Below are positions 31,323 through 42,206 of a DNA stretch of 64,000 bases, one piece after another; positions within the stretch are counted from its first letter, which is position 1; each line of letters opens with the position of its first letter. Made by a program: the position numbers and the translations under genes. The stretch is taken from the NCBI GenBank assembly GCA_040381155.1, contig JBEIHT010000002.1, forward strand, positions 194 through 64,193, written 5' to 3'. This DNA is from Aphanothece sp. Lineage in GTDB: Bacteria > Cyanobacteriota > Cyanobacteriia > PCC-6307 > Cyanobiaceae. The notes under the pieces were generated by a model. It did not search any database and was not told the origin of the DNA. It saw nothing but the letters and a program-made list of their open reading frames with translations.

Positions 31323-32075
31323 TTGGCCCTTCCCGAGCAGCTGCTCCTGAGCGACCTCCTGCGGCGGCGCGTACGCTGCGAGCAGGGCCTGGAGCATGGC
31401 CCCGGTGTGAGCGGCTGGATGCATCCCCCGGTGCATCGTCTGCTGGGCTGGGTGAGCCGCCCCTCCGCCCTCTCCCAGCGCCGGCTGGTGTGGCGCCTCG
31501 ATCAGCTGCGCGGGCTTGATGAGCAGGAGGTGTTCGTCACCGGCGAACCCGCCGTGACCGATGCGGTGACGGTGGGCCGACTCCCCACCCTGCTGGAGGC
31601 GTCGCTCACCGGTGCCGATGACCGTCCGCTCGGCAGCGTGGCCGATGCCGCGGTGGACCTGCGCAGCGGCCGCATCCGCCATTACCTCGTCGCCCGCAGC
31701 GATCCCCGCCTTCCCGGCGGCAGCCGCTGGCGCCTCAGCCCCGATCGCATCCTCGACCAGCTGCCCGGTCGGGTGATGACCGCACTGGAGGAGCTCGATG
31801 ACCTGCCGCTGGCCCGGGCCAGCGTGCGCCAGCAGTTTCTGCGCCGCTCCCGCCGCTGGCGCGATCAGCTCCAGGAGGCGGGCGGGCGCCTGGAGGACCG
31901 CCTCGAGGGCTGGCTGGAAGAGCCCCCCTGGGAGGAGCCGGGGCCGGACTCGGAGCGCGTCCCCGGCGAGGAGGACGATCCCCTCGAGGATTGGCCGGAG
32001 GAGAGGGGACGGGGGGAACCTCCCCCCCGTTCAGGGCGGCGGACGCCCTCCGATCCGCTCGACGATCCCTGGTAG
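31323..32075 (+). CDS. PRC-barrel-like conserved protein downstream of dnaN
   Basis: LLLSDLL, WMHPPVHRLLGW and an acidic tail ending DDPW; TTG start. Confidence 0.8.
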   Translation: MALPEQLLLSDLLRRRVRCEQGLEHGPGVSGWMHPPVHRLLGWVSRPSALSQRRLVWRLDQLRGLDEQEVFVTGEPAVTDAVTVGRLPTLLEASLTGADDRPLGSVADAAVDLRSGRIRHYLVARSDPRLPGGSRWRLSPDRILDQLPGRVMTALEELDDLPLARASVRQQFLRRSRRWRDQLQEAGGRLEDRLEGWLEEPPWEEPGPDSERVPGEEDDPLEDWPEERGRGEPPPRSGRRTPSDPLDDPW

Positions 32076-32114
32076 CCCCCCGAGCGGCGTCGGGCGCTCG
32101 GGGAGACTTGAGGC

Positions 32115-34511
32115 TTGCCGCGACGCCGCCCGGTGGTCAGCTCCTCCGCCCCCTCCGATCCGCCCGTCGAGGCGCTGCGCAAGGAGGGCCTCAGCCTGGC
32201 GGATTACGAGGAGATCTGCCGGCGGCTCGGCCGCAGCCCCAACCGGGCGGAGCTCGGCATGTTCGGGGTGATGTGGTCGGAGCACTGCTGCTATCGCAAC
32301 TCCCGGCCCCTGCTGGCCGGCTTCCCCACCAGCGGTCCCCGCATCCTGGTGGGTCCTGGGGAGAACGCCGGCGTGGTGGATCTGGGGGAGGGCCAGCGGC
32401 TGGCCTTCAAAATTGAGAGCCACAACCATCCCTCCGCCGTGGAGCCCTTCCAGGGGGCGGCCACCGGGGTGGGGGGCATCCTGCGGGACATCTTCACGAT
32501 GGGGGCCCGGCCGATCGCCCTGCTCAATGCCCTGCGCTTCGGGCCGCTCGAGGAGCCCCGCAACGTCGGCCTGATGGAGGGGGTGGTGGCCGGCATCGCC
32601 CACTACGGCAACTGCGTGGGCGTGCCCACGGTGGGGGGCGAGGTCGCCTTCGATCCGAGCTACTCCGGCAACCCATTGGTGAATGCCATGGCCCTGGGGC
32701 TGATGGAAACCGACGAGATTGTGCGGGCCGGCGCCAGCGGCGTGGGTTTCCCGGTGGTCTATGTGGGCAGCACCACCGGCCGTGACGGCATGGGTGGGGC
32801 CAGCTTCGCCAGCGCCGAGCTCAGCGAGGCCTCCCTCGACGATCGGCCCGCCGTTCAGGTGGGGGATCCCTTCCTGGAGAAGGGCTTGATCGAGGCCTGT
32901 CTGGAGGCGTTCCAGAGCGGTGATGTGGTGGCCGCCCAGGACATGGGCGCCGCTGGCCTCACCTGCAGCTGCGCCGAGATGGCCGCCAAGGGCGGGGTGG
33001 GGGTGGAGCTCGACCTCGACCGGGTGCCGGCGCGGGAGAGCGGCATGACCGCCTACGAGTTCCTGCTCAGCGAGTCGCAGGAGCGGATGCTGTTCGTGGT
33101 CAGGCCCGGCCGGGAGGAGCCCCTGATGGCCCGCTTCCGCCGCTGGGGCCTGCAGGCCGCGGTGGTGGGGCGGGTGCTGGAGGAGCCGCTGGTGCGGGTG
33201 CTGCAGAGCGGCGCCGTGGCCGCCGAGGTGCCCGCCCGGGCCCTGGCGGAGGACACGCCGGTGAACAGGCACGCCCTGCTCGCCGAGCCGCCCGCCGAGA
33301 TCCAGGCCCACTGGCGCTGGCGCGAGGCCGACCTGCCCAACGCCGACGCCGAGGGGGTGGCCCTGGCGGATGGACGCCTGCCCTGGGGCGACGCCCTGCT
33401 GCGCCTGCTCGACGACCCCACGATCGCCAGCAAGCGCTGGGTCTGGCGCCAGTACGACCACCAGGTGCAGGCCAACACCGTGGTGCCCCCTGGCGGCGCC
33501 GATGCGGCGGTTGTGCGGCTGCGGCCCCAGCAGGGAGAGGCGGCCCTGCGGCCCTCCGCCCGCGGCGTGGCGGCGGTGGTGGATTGCCCCAACCGCTGGG
33601 TGGCCCTCGATCCGCAACGGGGTGCCATGGCGGCGGTGGCGGAGGCGGCCCGCAACCTCAGCTGCGTCGGCGCCGAGCCCCTGGCGGTCACCGACAACCT
33701 CAACTTCCCCTCTCCGGAGACCCCCAGCGGCTATTGGCAGCTGGCGATGGCCTGCCGCGGCCTGGCGGAGGCCTGCCTGGCCCTGGCGACCCCCGTCACC
33801 GGCGGCAACGTTTCCCTCTACAACGAAAGCCGGCTGCCGGATGGCCGCCTGCAGCCGATCCATCCCACCCCGGTGGTGGGGATGGTGGGGCTGGTGCCCG
33901 ATCTCAGTCGCGTCACCGGCCTGGGCTGGCGGCGCAGCGGCGATGCCATCTGGCTGCTCGGGGTGCCCCCGGAGGCGGGCGACGCCCCCGCCGACCCGCG
34001 CGTGTCCCTGGCGGCCGGCAGCTATCTGGAGGCCATCCACGGCCGGCTCACCGGCCGCCCCGCGGAGGTGGATCTGAACCTGGAGCGCTCCGTGCAGGCC
34101 TTCCTGCGGCAGGCGATCGCCGCCGCCCTGGTGGCCTCCGCCCACGATCTGAGCGACGCCGGTCTGGCGGTGGCCGCGGCCGAGTGCTGCCTGGCCGCCG
34201 GCCTGGCCGCCCGGCTGGAGCTGCCCGCCGGCTCCGCCCGGCCCGATCGCCTGCTGTTCGCCGAGGGGGGCGCGCGGGTGCTGGTGAGCGTGGCGCCGGA
34301 GCAGGCCGGCGCCTGGCGGCAGGCCCTGGAGCAGGCCGGCGCCGGCGTGCCCGCCCTGGAGCTGGGGCTGGTGGAGCCGGCCGGCGCACCCCTGACAATC
34401 CTGCGGGGTGGCGGCGTGCTGCTGCAGCTGCCCCTCGACCAGCTGCGTCAGAGCTATGAGCAGGCGATCCCGCGGCGGCTGCGGGGAGCCGCCCCGCCCC
34501 CCGAGCACTGA
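32115..34511 (+). CDS. purL: Phosphoribosylformylglycinamidine synthase subunit PurL
   Basis: [23 protein letters not shown] and GGNVSLYN motifs; exact start uncertain. Confidence 0.97.
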   Translation: MPRRRPVVSSSAPSDPPVEALRKEGLSLADYEEICRRLGRSPNRAELGMFGVMWSEHCCYRNSRPLLAGFPTSGPRILVGPGENAGVVDLGEGQRLAFKIESHNHPSAVEPFQGAATGVGGILRDIFTMGARPIALLNALRFGPLEEPRNVGLMEGVVAGIAHYGNCVGVPTVGGEVAFDPSYSGNPLVNAMALGLMETDEIVRAGASGVGFPVVYVGSTTGRDGMGGASFASAELSEASLDDRPAVQVGDPFLEKGLIEACLEAFQSGDVVAAQDMGAAGLTCSCAEMAAKGGVGVELDLDRVPARESGMTAYEFLLSESQERMLFVVRPGREEPLMARFRRWGLQAAVVGRVLEEPLVRVLQSGAVAAEVPARALAEDTPVNRHALLAEPPAEIQAHWRWREADLPNADAEGVALADGRLPWGDALLRLLDDPTIASKRWVWRQYDHQVQANTVVPPGGADAAVVRLRPQQGEAALRPSARGVAAVVDCPNRWVALDPQRGAMAAVAEAARNLSCVGAEPLAVTDNLNFPSPETPSGYWQLAMACRGLAEACLALATPVTGGNVSLYNESRLPDGRLQPIHPTPVVGMVGLVPDLSRVTGLGWRRSGDAIWLLGVPPEAGDAPADPRVSLAAGSYLEAIHGRLTGRPAEVDLNLERSVQAFLRQAIAAALVASAHDLSDAGLAVAAAECCLAAGLAARLELPAGSARPDRLLFAEGGARVLVSVAPEQAGAWRQALEQAGAGVPALELGLVEPAGAPLTILRGGGVLLQLPLDQLRQSYEQAIPRRLRGAAPPPEH

Positions 34512-34519
34512 GACCGCCG

Positions 34520-36031
34520 GTGATGCGCCAGGATGCCCGCACCCTGAGCGCGCCCCCCGCCGTGTCCCCGGTTCCCCCAGCGACCGCCGACCGGCCGGAC
34601 AAGCCGGAGGAAGCCTGCGGGGTCTTCGCCGTGCTGGCGCCCGGCCAGGCGGTGGCCAATCTCACCTACTTCGGCCTCTACGCCCTCCAGCATCGCGGCC
34701 AGGAATCGGCCGGCATCGCCGTCTTCCAGGACGCCCGCGTGCGGCTGCACAAGGACATGGGCCTGGTCAGCCAGGTGTTCGACCAGGACGTGCTCGCCCG
34801 CATGCCCGGGGAGCTGGCGATCGGCCACAACCGCTACTCCACCACCGGCAGCAGTCGGGTGTGCAACGCCCAGCCGGTGGTGCTGATGACCCGCCTGGGC
34901 CCCTTCGCCCTGGCCCACAACGGCAACCTGGTCAACGCCACCGAGCTGCGCGCCTCCCTCGCCCACCTCTCCGGCGAATTCACCTCCACCACCGATTCGG
35001 AGCTGATCGCCTTCGCCCTCCAGGAGGCGGTGGAGGCGGGCCTGGGCTGGAGCGAGGCGATCCGTCGTGCCGTCGGTCGCTGTCGCGGCGCCTTCAGCCT
35101 GGTGATCGGCACCCCCGAGGGTCTGTTCGCCCTGCGGGACGGCCACGGCATCCGCCCGCTGGTGTTCGGCCACCTGGGGGAGCCGGGTGAGGGCCAGTGG
35201 GTGGTGGCCAGCGAGACCTGCGGCCTCGACATCATCGGCGCCGTCTACATCGACGACATCGCCCCGGGGGAACTGGCCCACTTCCGCCAGGGCGAGAGCG
35301 AGCCGCTGCGCGTGCGCTGGAGCGAGGAGCCCGCCAAGCTGTGCGTCTTCGAGATGATTTACTTCGCCCGCCCCGACAGTCGCTTCTTCGGGGAGTCGCT
35401 CTACAGCTACCGCGTGCGCATCGGCGAGGTGCTGGCCCGCGAAACCCCCGTGGAGTCTGACATCGTCATCGGCGTGCCCGATTCCGGCATCCCGGCGGCG
35501 ATCGGTTATTCCGGCGTCAGCGGCATCCCCTTCGGCGACGGCCTGATCAAGAACCGCTACGTCGGTCGCACCTTCATCCAGCCCACCCAGGCGATGCGGG
35601 AGGCCGGCATCCGGGTGAAGCTCAATCCCCTGCCCGATGTGCTGGCGGGCAAGCGGGTGGTGGTGATCGACGACTCGATCGTGCGCGGCACCACCAGTCG
35701 CAAGCTGGTGCAGGCCCTGCGTGATGCCGGCGCCACCGAGGTGCACATGCGCATCAGCTCGCCGCCGGTCACCCACCCCTGCTTTTACGGCATCGATACC
35801 GACAGCCAGGACCACCTGATCGCCGCCCGCCTGAGCCTGGCGGAGATCGAGGCGCACCTGGGGGTGGATTCCCTCGCCTACCTGAGCAAGGCCGGCATGG
35901 TGGAGGCGGCCCGCACCAGCTCCCACCATTTCTGCACCGCCTGCTTCGACGGCCAGTACCCGATCGAGATGGACGAGGAGACCCGCCGCACCAAGCTGAT
36001 GCTGGAACCCGCCGGCCTGGCCCGGGGTTAG
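34520..36031 (+). CDS. purF: Amidophosphoribosyltransferase
   Basis: Propeptide then EACGVF, LQHRGQESAG, GHNRYST, VVIDDSIVRGTT and FCTACF motifs. Confidence 0.97.
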   Translation: MMRQDARTLSAPPAVSPVPPATADRPDKPEEACGVFAVLAPGQAVANLTYFGLYALQHRGQESAGIAVFQDARVRLHKDMGLVSQVFDQDVLARMPGELAIGHNRYSTTGSSRVCNAQPVVLMTRLGPFALAHNGNLVNATELRASLAHLSGEFTSTTDSELIAFALQEAVEAGLGWSEAIRRAVGRCRGAFSLVIGTPEGLFALRDGHGIRPLVFGHLGEPGEGQWVVASETCGLDIIGAVYIDDIAPGELAHFRQGESEPLRVRWSEEPAKLCVFEMIYFARPDSRFFGESLYSYRVRIGEVLARETPVESDIVIGVPDSGIPAAIGYSGVSGIPFGDGLIKNRYVGRTFIQPTQAMREAGIRVKLNPLPDVLAGKRVVVIDDSIVRGTTSRKLVQALRDAGATEVHMRISSPPVTHPCFYGIDTDSQDHLIAARLSLAEIEAHLGVDSLAYLSKAGMVEAARTSSHHFCTACFDGQYPIEMDEETRRTKLMLEPAGLARG

Positions 36032-36765
36032 CCGCCGGCGCCCGGCATCGGCCGGTAGGCGCGGGTGGTGATCAGCCAGGGGTGGAACACCTCCAGGAAG
36101 CGGCGCTGGAGGGTGAGGAAGAAGCGCTCCACCAGCTGGGGATCGTCGTAGTGGAAGGGGTATTCGCCCTGGAAGCCCTGGAAGAAGTACCAGTTCAGCA
36201 GGGCGATGCCGGCGGGATCCAGCCGCTCGGCGAAGACCTCCAGCTGGCCCGCCGGATCGCTCAGGTGCTCCAGCACGTCGAGGCAGACGATCGTCTCGAA
36301 GCGCCCCGGCAGGGCCGGATCGTTCAGGTCGCGGCAGCAGTGGAGGCGCTCCGCCAGGCCCAGCTCGGCGGCGCGCCAGCGCACGAACTCCCGGTTGCGG
36401 GGATTGAGATCCACGCACCACACCGCCTCCACCCCGGGCAGCGCGGCGGCGGCCAGGGCATGGCTGCCGATGCCACCGCCGAAATCGAGCACCCGGCCGC
36501 GGGCGAAGCGCTCCTGCAGGCGCAGGGTGTCGGCGATGTAGGCGCCGCTGCCCAGATGCCAGGCCGCCAGCTCCAGCAGGTGCCCGTCCCCCACCGTCTC
36601 TTCGTAGAAGGCCTCCGGCCGGGCCGGGTCGAAGGCGCCGGGATGGAGCCCCGCCAGGTCCGCGGTGCTGCGGGGCAGGCGATGCTCCAGCTCCGCCGGT
36701 GACAGGCGCAGGAAGGTGGCCAGCTGGGCGCGCAGATCGAAGCCGTCGCTCAGGAAACGCTCCAC
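36028..36765 (-). CDS. Class I SAM-dependent methyltransferase
   Basis: VLDFGGGIG, VDLN and CLDVLEH motifs; start estimated at GTG 36765 (the 5' extension of the ORF lies antisense to the GT4 gene). Confidence 0.85.
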   Translation of the reverse strand: MERFLSDGFDLRAQLATFLRLSPAELEHRLPRSTADLAGLHPGAFDPARPEAFYEETVGDGHLLELAAWHLGSGAYIADTLRLQERFARGRVLDFGGGIGSHALAAAALPGVEAVWCVDLNPRNREFVRWRAAELGLAERLHCCRDLNDPALPGRFETIVCLDVLEHLSDPAGQLEVFAERLDPAGIALLNWYFFQGFQGEYPFHYDDPQLVERFFLTLQRRFLEVFHPWLITTRAYRPMPGAGG

Positions 36766-36882
36766 CGGCAGGGGGCTGCAGGAGGGCAGGGTGGCGCCGG
36801 CACTCACGCGATCGGGCTGCGGGACCCCCCACGCTACGCGGCTGCGATGCTGGCGATCGTGCGGCGTTGGGGAAGGTCGGGG

Positions 36883-37974
36883 ATGCGGGTGTTGGTGGTG
36901 AGCACCCCGGTCGGGGCCCTCGGCAGCGGCCGGGGCGGCGGCGTGGAGCACACGGCGACGATGATCATCGCCGGCCTGCTGGGCCGCGGCCACGCCGTCA
37001 CCGTGCTGGCGGCGGCGGGATCGGTGCTGCCTCCCGCCTGCGCCGCCGCCAGCCTCTGGACCGAGCCGGGGGTGGACCAGCCCAGCTGGCAGCACTGTCC
37101 CCGGGAGACGGCCGTGGCGATCCCCGCCGACGCCCTGCTCCCCCGCCTCTGGCAGCGCGCCCTGGAGCGGCAGGGGGAGTTCGACCGCATCCTCAACCTC
37201 GCCTACGACTGGCTGCCCTTCTGGCTCACCCGCTTTGTCGGCACGCCCCTCTGCCATCTGGTGAGCATGGGCTCGGTGGCCGATGTGATGGACGCGGCGA
37301 TCGAGGCGGTGTCCAGCTGGGATCCGGAGCGTCTGGCCTTCCACACCGCCGCCCAGGCCGCCGACTTCCGGCTGGTGGCGCCGCCGCGGCTGGTGGGCAA
37401 TGGCTTCGACCTCAGCGCCTACCATCCCGCTCCTGCCGATCGGGTGGAGCCCGCCCTGGGCTGGGCGGGCCGGATCTCACCGGAGAAGGGGCTGGAGGAT
37501 GCCGCCCGGGTGGCCGCCCGCCTCGGGCTGCCGCTGCGGGTGTGGGGGATGCGGGAGGACGTGGACTATGCCCTGGCGGTGGAGCGCTCCGTGCCGGCCG
37601 GCACGATCGAATGGCGCGGCTTCCTGCCCACCGAGCGCCTTCAGGCCGAGCTGGGGCTCTGTCGGGTGTTCGTGAACACCCCCCGCTGGAATGAGGCCTT
37701 CGGCAACGTGGTGGTGGAGGCGATGGCCTGTGGCGTGCCGGTGGCGGCCTACGCCCGCGGCGGACCCGGTGAGCTGGTGCGGGAGGGGGTCAACGGCGCC
37801 CTGGCCAGCCCCGATGATCTGGATGCCCTGGCGGCGGCGGTGCAGCGGGCCGCGGCCGTCGATCGCGCCGCCTGCCGCGCCTGGGCCGAGGCGCACCACA
37901 GCCCGGAGGCCTTCACGGCCCGGATGGAGGCCTGGCTGGCGGCGGTGGGCTCGCCGTCGCCGGCCCCCGGCTGA
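36883..37974 (+). CDS. Glycosyltransferase family 4 (GT-B)
   Basis: GGGVE, WAGRISPEKG and EAFGNVVVEAMACGVPV motifs. Confidence 0.9.
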   Translation: MRVLVVSTPVGALGSGRGGGVEHTATMIIAGLLGRGHAVTVLAAAGSVLPPACAAASLWTEPGVDQPSWQHCPRETAVAIPADALLPRLWQRALERQGEFDRILNLAYDWLPFWLTRFVGTPLCHLVSMGSVADVMDAAIEAVSSWDPERLAFHTAAQAADFRLVAPPRLVGNGFDLSAYHPAPADRVEPALGWAGRISPEKGLEDAARVAARLGLPLRVWGMREDVDYALAVERSVPAGTIEWRGFLPTERLQAELGLCRVFVNTPRWNEAFGNVVVEAMACGVPVAAYARGGPGELVREGVNGALASPDDLDALAAAVQRAAAVDRAACRAWAEAHHSPEAFTARMEAWLAAVGSPSPAPG

Positions 37975-38680
37975 TCCGCACCAGCCCCCGGCTGGCGCCG
38001 GAATCCGGGTCGACCGTGCGGATCGAGCGCCAGAGGGCCTCCGTGCCCACCCACACCGCGGCATAGCGGTAGCGGGCCACATCAAGAATCAGCACCCGGT
38101 CGCCGCTGGGGTCGTAGGCCGCCAGCGGTGAGATGTGGCCGCCGCCCGCCTGGCCGAGGCTGGGGCGGTGGTAGTTCACCAGCAGCCGGTCGTCCGGATC
38201 CGAGAGGTTGCGCCGCAGCAGGCCCCGGAACTGGGAGAGGCTCAGCTGATCGCCATGCCAGCGCTGCACGCTCACCCCCTGGGCCGCCAGCAGGCCGGCC
38301 AGCTGCACCAGGGTCATCCCCCGGCGGCCCACGCTCTCGGCCGTCGCGAAGGCGCGGCCCGCGGGGGCGGCGAACAGGTTGTCCTGGTTCCAGAAGCGGT
38401 AGGCGCCGTAACCCGGCGTCTCTGGCGCCGGCACCCCCAGGCTGTTGAGGGCCATCACGGCGCTGGCCACACCGCAGTAGGCCAGGTTCGCCTGGGTGAC
38501 GAACCACCCTGTCAGCGGCAGGAAGTCGGCCCGCACCCGGCTGCGGAACAGCAGCTCCTGCCCCGCCGGCGCCGGCAGGGGGATCAGCCCCTCCGCACGC
38601 GCCGTGCCGCCCAGCCCAGCCGAGGCGGACCCGCCGGCCAGCAGCCCCACCAGCACCGCCCCCGCGATCCGGCCCCTCAT
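37913..38680 (-). CDS. Phytochelatin synthase family protein (prokaryotic half-PCS) with signal peptide
   Basis: [12 protein letters not shown] (Cys), [11 protein letters not shown] (His) and [10 protein letters not shown] (Asp) triad; GMTL motif; hydrophobic N-terminus. Confidence 0.9.
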   Translation of the reverse strand: MRGRIAGAVLVGLLAGGSASAGLGGTARAEGLIPLPAPAGQELLFRSRVRADFLPLTGWFVTQANLAYCGVASAVMALNSLGVPAPETPGYGAYRFWNQDNLFAAPAGRAFATAESVGRRGMTLVQLAGLLAAQGVSVQRWHGDQLSLSQFRGLLRRNLSDPDDRLLVNYHRPSLGQAGGGHISPLAAYDPSGDRVLILDVARYRYAAVWVGTEALWRSIRTVDPDSGASRGLVRISRGPATASPPPPARPPSGP

Positions 38681-41184
38681 CCCCGTCGCAGCGGCACGAG
38701 TTCGCGCACCCGTTCGGCCGCCGTCAGGGGCAGCTGGATTCCGGCACCCGACCCGTCCTCCAGGGGCAGCTCGGCGGGGGAGAGCCGGCCGCTGCGGTTC
38801 GCCCCGCCCTCCAGCCCAAGGCCCAGCAGCGGTGAGTCGTCTGCGCAGAGGTCGACCAGCACATCGCCCCGCTCCCGGAAGCGCAGCCCGATCTGGCCCA
38901 GGTCGCCCCGCTGGCAGAGGCGAAGGTCGGCCACCCGCAGGCGTTTGATCTGGCCGCCGCGGCTGGCCAGCACCACCCCGCAGTCGCCGTCCGCGACGCT
39001 GGCCGCCCCCACCACCGCCTCTCCGGGCAGGAGCCGCAGCAGCATCGGCCCCTGGGCGGTGCGCCCCATCACCGGCAGGTTCGCCTCGTTGATCGCCAGC
39101 CGCAGCAATCGGCCCGTGCTGCTCGCTACCACAAGATCCCTGCCTTCCTGGCAGGGCACCACCCGTTGCAATTCCACCCCATCCTTGAGTTTCAGCACGG
39201 TGGCGGCGCGCCCGGAGAGTTCGAGGAACTCCTCGATCGGCAGCCGCTTGAAGCGTCCGTCGCTGCTCAACAGCCCGAGGCTGCCGTCGCCCGCGCCCGG
39301 CAGGGGCAGCACCTGCACCACGCGGGCACCGCTGAGGCTCTCGGGCAGGAAGCGCTCCACCCCTCCCGGCTGCTGGCCGGCGAACTCCCAGCGCAGCAGG
39401 GCCACCCGGCCATCGGCGCTGAAGGCCAACAGCTGGGGGTGGTCCGCCACCGACAGCAGCAGCCGGGCCGGCGGGGGCTGATCCCCCAGGGCGGCGGCCT
39501 CCTCCAGGTGCAGGCGGCCCAGCACCGCTGGGGTCACGATCCGCAGGGTGCCGTCGCTCTGGAGCAGCAGGCGGCCGTCGCTGGCGAGAGCTTCGAAGGC
39601 CTGCTGGCGCTGCAGTTCTGCATTCGGGCGCACAGCCGCGCCACGCTGGACCGCCAGCGCATCACCCCCTTCCACCAGCCGGGTGCGTCGGGGGGTGGCG
39701 TAGCGCTTCTTCAGCGCTTTCAGCTCCACCACCATCGCGTCGAGCAGGCTGTCCCGCTCGTCGAGCAGGTGGCGCAGCCGGGTGCGTTCCTGCTTCAGCT
39801 CCTCGGCCTCCTTGCGCAGGCTCTCCTGCTCCAGGCCGGTGAGGCGGCGCAGGGGCATCGCCAGCACCGCGTCGGCCTGCCGTTCGCTCAGGTCGAGGTG
39901 CACCTGCAGGCTGGCCCGGGCGGCCGCGGCATCGGCCGCGGCGGTGATCATCTCGATCACCTCCCGCAGCCTGGCGAGGGCACGGATCAGGCCTTCCACC
40001 ACCTCCAGGCGCTCCTCGCAGCGGGTGAGGGCATGGCGGGTGCGGCGGATCAGGGTGAGTTCGCGGTACTCCAGGAACTGCTGCAGCAGCTGGCGCAGGG
40101 TGAGCTGCACCGGCTGCCCGTTCACCAGGGCCAGCAGGATCGCGCCGAAGTTGCTCTGCAGGGCGGTGCGGCGCTGCAGGTCCGCGAGCACGGTCCCGGC
40201 GACGGCGTCCCGGCGCAGCTCCACCACCACGCGCATGCCGTCCCGGTCACTCTCGTCGCGGATGTCGGCGATGCCGGTGATGCGGCCCTCGTTCACCTGC
40301 TCCGCCAGCTTCTCGATCCAGCCCGCCTTGCTCAGCTGGTAGGGCAGCTCCGTGACCACGATGGCGCTGCGCCGATGCCGTCCCTTGCCCGGTTGCACCT
40401 CTTCGAAGTGGGTGATGCCCCGCATCGGGATGCTGCCGCGGCCGTTGAGGTAGGTGTCCCGCAGGCCTGAGCCGGTGAGCACCTCGCCGCCGGTGGGGAA
40501 GTCGGGTCCGGGAACCAGCTCCAGCAGCTTGTCATCGCTGAGGTCGGGACGGCGGATCAGGGCGATCAGGGCATCGACGACCTCCCCGAGGTTGTGGGGC
40601 GGGATGCTGGTGGCCATGCCGACGGCGATGCCGGAGCAGCCGTTGAGCAGCAGGAAGGGGAGCTGGGCCGGCAACACCGTGGGCTCCTGCTGGGAGCCAT
40701 CGAAGTTGGGGGCGAAGTCGACCGTGTCGTTGCCGATCTCATCGAGCATCGCCTCGTTGGCGATCGGCGCCAGGCGGGTTTCGGTGTAGCGCATCGCCGC
40801 CGGCGGGTCGTCGTCCACCGAGCCGAAGTTGCCGTGGCCGTCCAGCAGGGGATGGCGGCTGGCGAAGGTCTGCACCAGGCGCACCAGCGCGTCGTAGACC
40901 GCCTGATCGCCGTGGGGGTGGTATTTGCCCAGCACGTCGCCCACCACCCGGGCGCATTTGCGGTAGGGGCGGTCGGGGGTGAGGCCCAGCTCATGCATCG
41001 CGAACAGGATGCGGCGCTGCACGGGCTTGAGGCCATCGCGCACGTCGGGCAGGGCCCGCCCGACGATGACGCTCATCGCGTATTCGAGGTAGGAGCGCTG
41101 CATCTCCTGATGCAGGGCGATCGGCTCGATCCGGTTTACCCGGTCGTCGTCGCCGTTCGGGTTCGTGCGGCGGTCCTCGGCCAT
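38677..41184 (-). CDS. DNA gyrase / topoisomerase IV subunit A (GyrA/ParC family)
   Basis: [26 protein letters not shown] and AAMRYTE motifs plus degenerate C-terminal pinwheel repeats. Confidence 0.95.
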   Translation of the reverse strand: MAEDRRTNPNGDDDRVNRIEPIALHQEMQRSYLEYAMSVIVGRALPDVRDGLKPVQRRILFAMHELGLTPDRPYRKCARVVGDVLGKYHPHGDQAVYDALVRLVQTFASRHPLLDGHGNFGSVDDDPPAAMRYTETRLAPIANEAMLDEIGNDTVDFAPNFDGSQQEPTVLPAQLPFLLLNGCSGIAVGMATSIPPHNLGEVVDALIALIRRPDLSDDKLLELVPGPDFPTGGEVLTGSGLRDTYLNGRGSIPMRGITHFEEVQPGKGRHRRSAIVVTELPYQLSKAGWIEKLAEQVNEGRITGIADIRDESDRDGMRVVVELRRDAVAGTVLADLQRRTALQSNFGAILLALVNGQPVQLTLRQLLQQFLEYRELTLIRRTRHALTRCEERLEVVEGLIRALARLREVIEMITAAADAAAARASLQVHLDLSERQADAVLAMPLRRLTGLEQESLRKEAEELKQERTRLRHLLDERDSLLDAMVVELKALKKRYATPRRTRLVEGGDALAVQRGAAVRPNAELQRQQAFEALASDGRLLLQSDGTLRIVTPAVLGRLHLEEAAALGDQPPPARLLLSVADHPQLLAFSADGRVALLRWEFAGQQPGGVERFLPESLSGARVVQVLPLPGAGDGSLGLLSSDGRFKRLPIEEFLELSGRAATVLKLKDGVELQRVVPCQEGRDLVVASSTGRLLRLAINEANLPVMGRTAQGPMLLRLLPGEAVVGAASVADGDCGVVLASRGGQIKRLRVADLRLCQRGDLGQIGLRFRERGDVLVDLCADDSPLLGLGLEGGANRSGRLSPAELPLEDGSGAGIQLPLTAAERVRELVPLRRG

Positions 41185-41251
41185 CCGATGCTGGGGTCTG
41201 GGGGCGGAAGACGGGGCTCAGCCTACCGATGTCAGCCCGTCGATCCACAAC

Positions 41252-42145
41252 TCAGGGTTCGCCGCCCGGCCCGTCGCTCGCTGTGGCGTTCGCTATCGCC
41301 CGGTCGACCACCAGTTTCAGCTCCGGCTGGCTGAGCAGTTGCTGGGTGGTGTTGCGGAGCTTTTCTCCCCAGAGCTGTTCCTTCTGGTACGCCGGCAGCA
41401 CGTAGTTCGGTTGCTCGTTGAGCGCCATTTCCGCCAGGCGCAGGGCCTCAGCCCGCTGCTTCGGATCGGTCGCGAACAGGCCGGCGGCCATGGCCAGGGA
41501 GGTTTCCGGCACATCGGGTTTGATGCGCAGCACCGCCCGCCAGCGCTCCAGGGCCGCCGGCCGCCGATCGGCTTCCCAGAGCACCAGCCCCTGGTTGTTG
41601 ATCGCTTCCCAGAAATCACGGCGGAGCTTTGCCGCCTGCTCGAACGAACCCAGGGCCCGATCGCCCTGACCGAGCAGCAGCTGGGCGTTGCCGAGGTCGA
41701 AGTGGGCGCCGGCATTGCGGCTGTCCAGCTGCAGGCCCCGCCTGAGCAGGTCGATCGCCGCCTCGGGCTTGCCGTTGCGCAGCGCCAGGGACCCTTCGGC
41801 GAACCAGATGCCGGGGTTCTGGGGGTCGAGCTGTTTGGCCTTGGCGAGCGCCGCCAGGGCTTTGTCGGCGTGGTCGCTGCGCAGCTCCGCCTCCGCCAGC
41901 AGCACCCAGCCGCGGGGATCCGCCGGCAGCAGGCGCACCGTGAGTTCGGCCAGCCGCGCCGCCTCCTCCACCTGCCCGAGCCGCAGCAGGCGCGCCGCCG
42001 CCTGGGCGATCCCCAGCCCCGCCGCCTCCAGATCCTTGGTTGGTGGGACGTAGACGTAGGGCACCAGAGCCAGGGCCGCCCCCACCGGAACCAGGGGCAC
42101 CGCCAGGAGCAAGGCCAGGGGGAGGCCCGGGAGCACCCGCCGCAC
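41252..42145 (-). CDS. Tetratricopeptide repeat protein
   Basis: Signal/TM segment then ALVPYVY and repeated TPR helices (WFAEG, HFDLGNA, AINNQGL); start approximate. Confidence 0.85.
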   Translation of the reverse strand: MRRVLPGLPLALLLAVPLVPVGAALALVPYVYVPPTKDLEAAGLGIAQAAARLLRLGQVEEAARLAELTVRLLPADPRGWVLLAEAELRSDHADKALAALAKAKQLDPQNPGIWFAEGSLALRNGKPEAAIDLLRRGLQLDSRNAGAHFDLGNAQLLLGQGDRALGSFEQAAKLRRDFWEAINNQGLVLWEADRRPAALERWRAVLRIKPDVPETSLAMAAGLFATDPKQRAEALRLAEMALNEQPNYVLPAYQKEQLWGEKLRNTTQQLLSQPELKLVVDRAIANATASDGPGGEP

Positions 42146-42206
42146 CAGATCTGTGAACAGTTGGCTCCGACGCCGGCCCACGGGAGTTGCCCGAATTCGA
42201 CCCAGC

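Noticed and set aside
36766-37425. Long N-terminal extension of the methyltransferase ORF
   Set aside because: It lies antisense to the GT4 gene and has low-complexity shadow composition.
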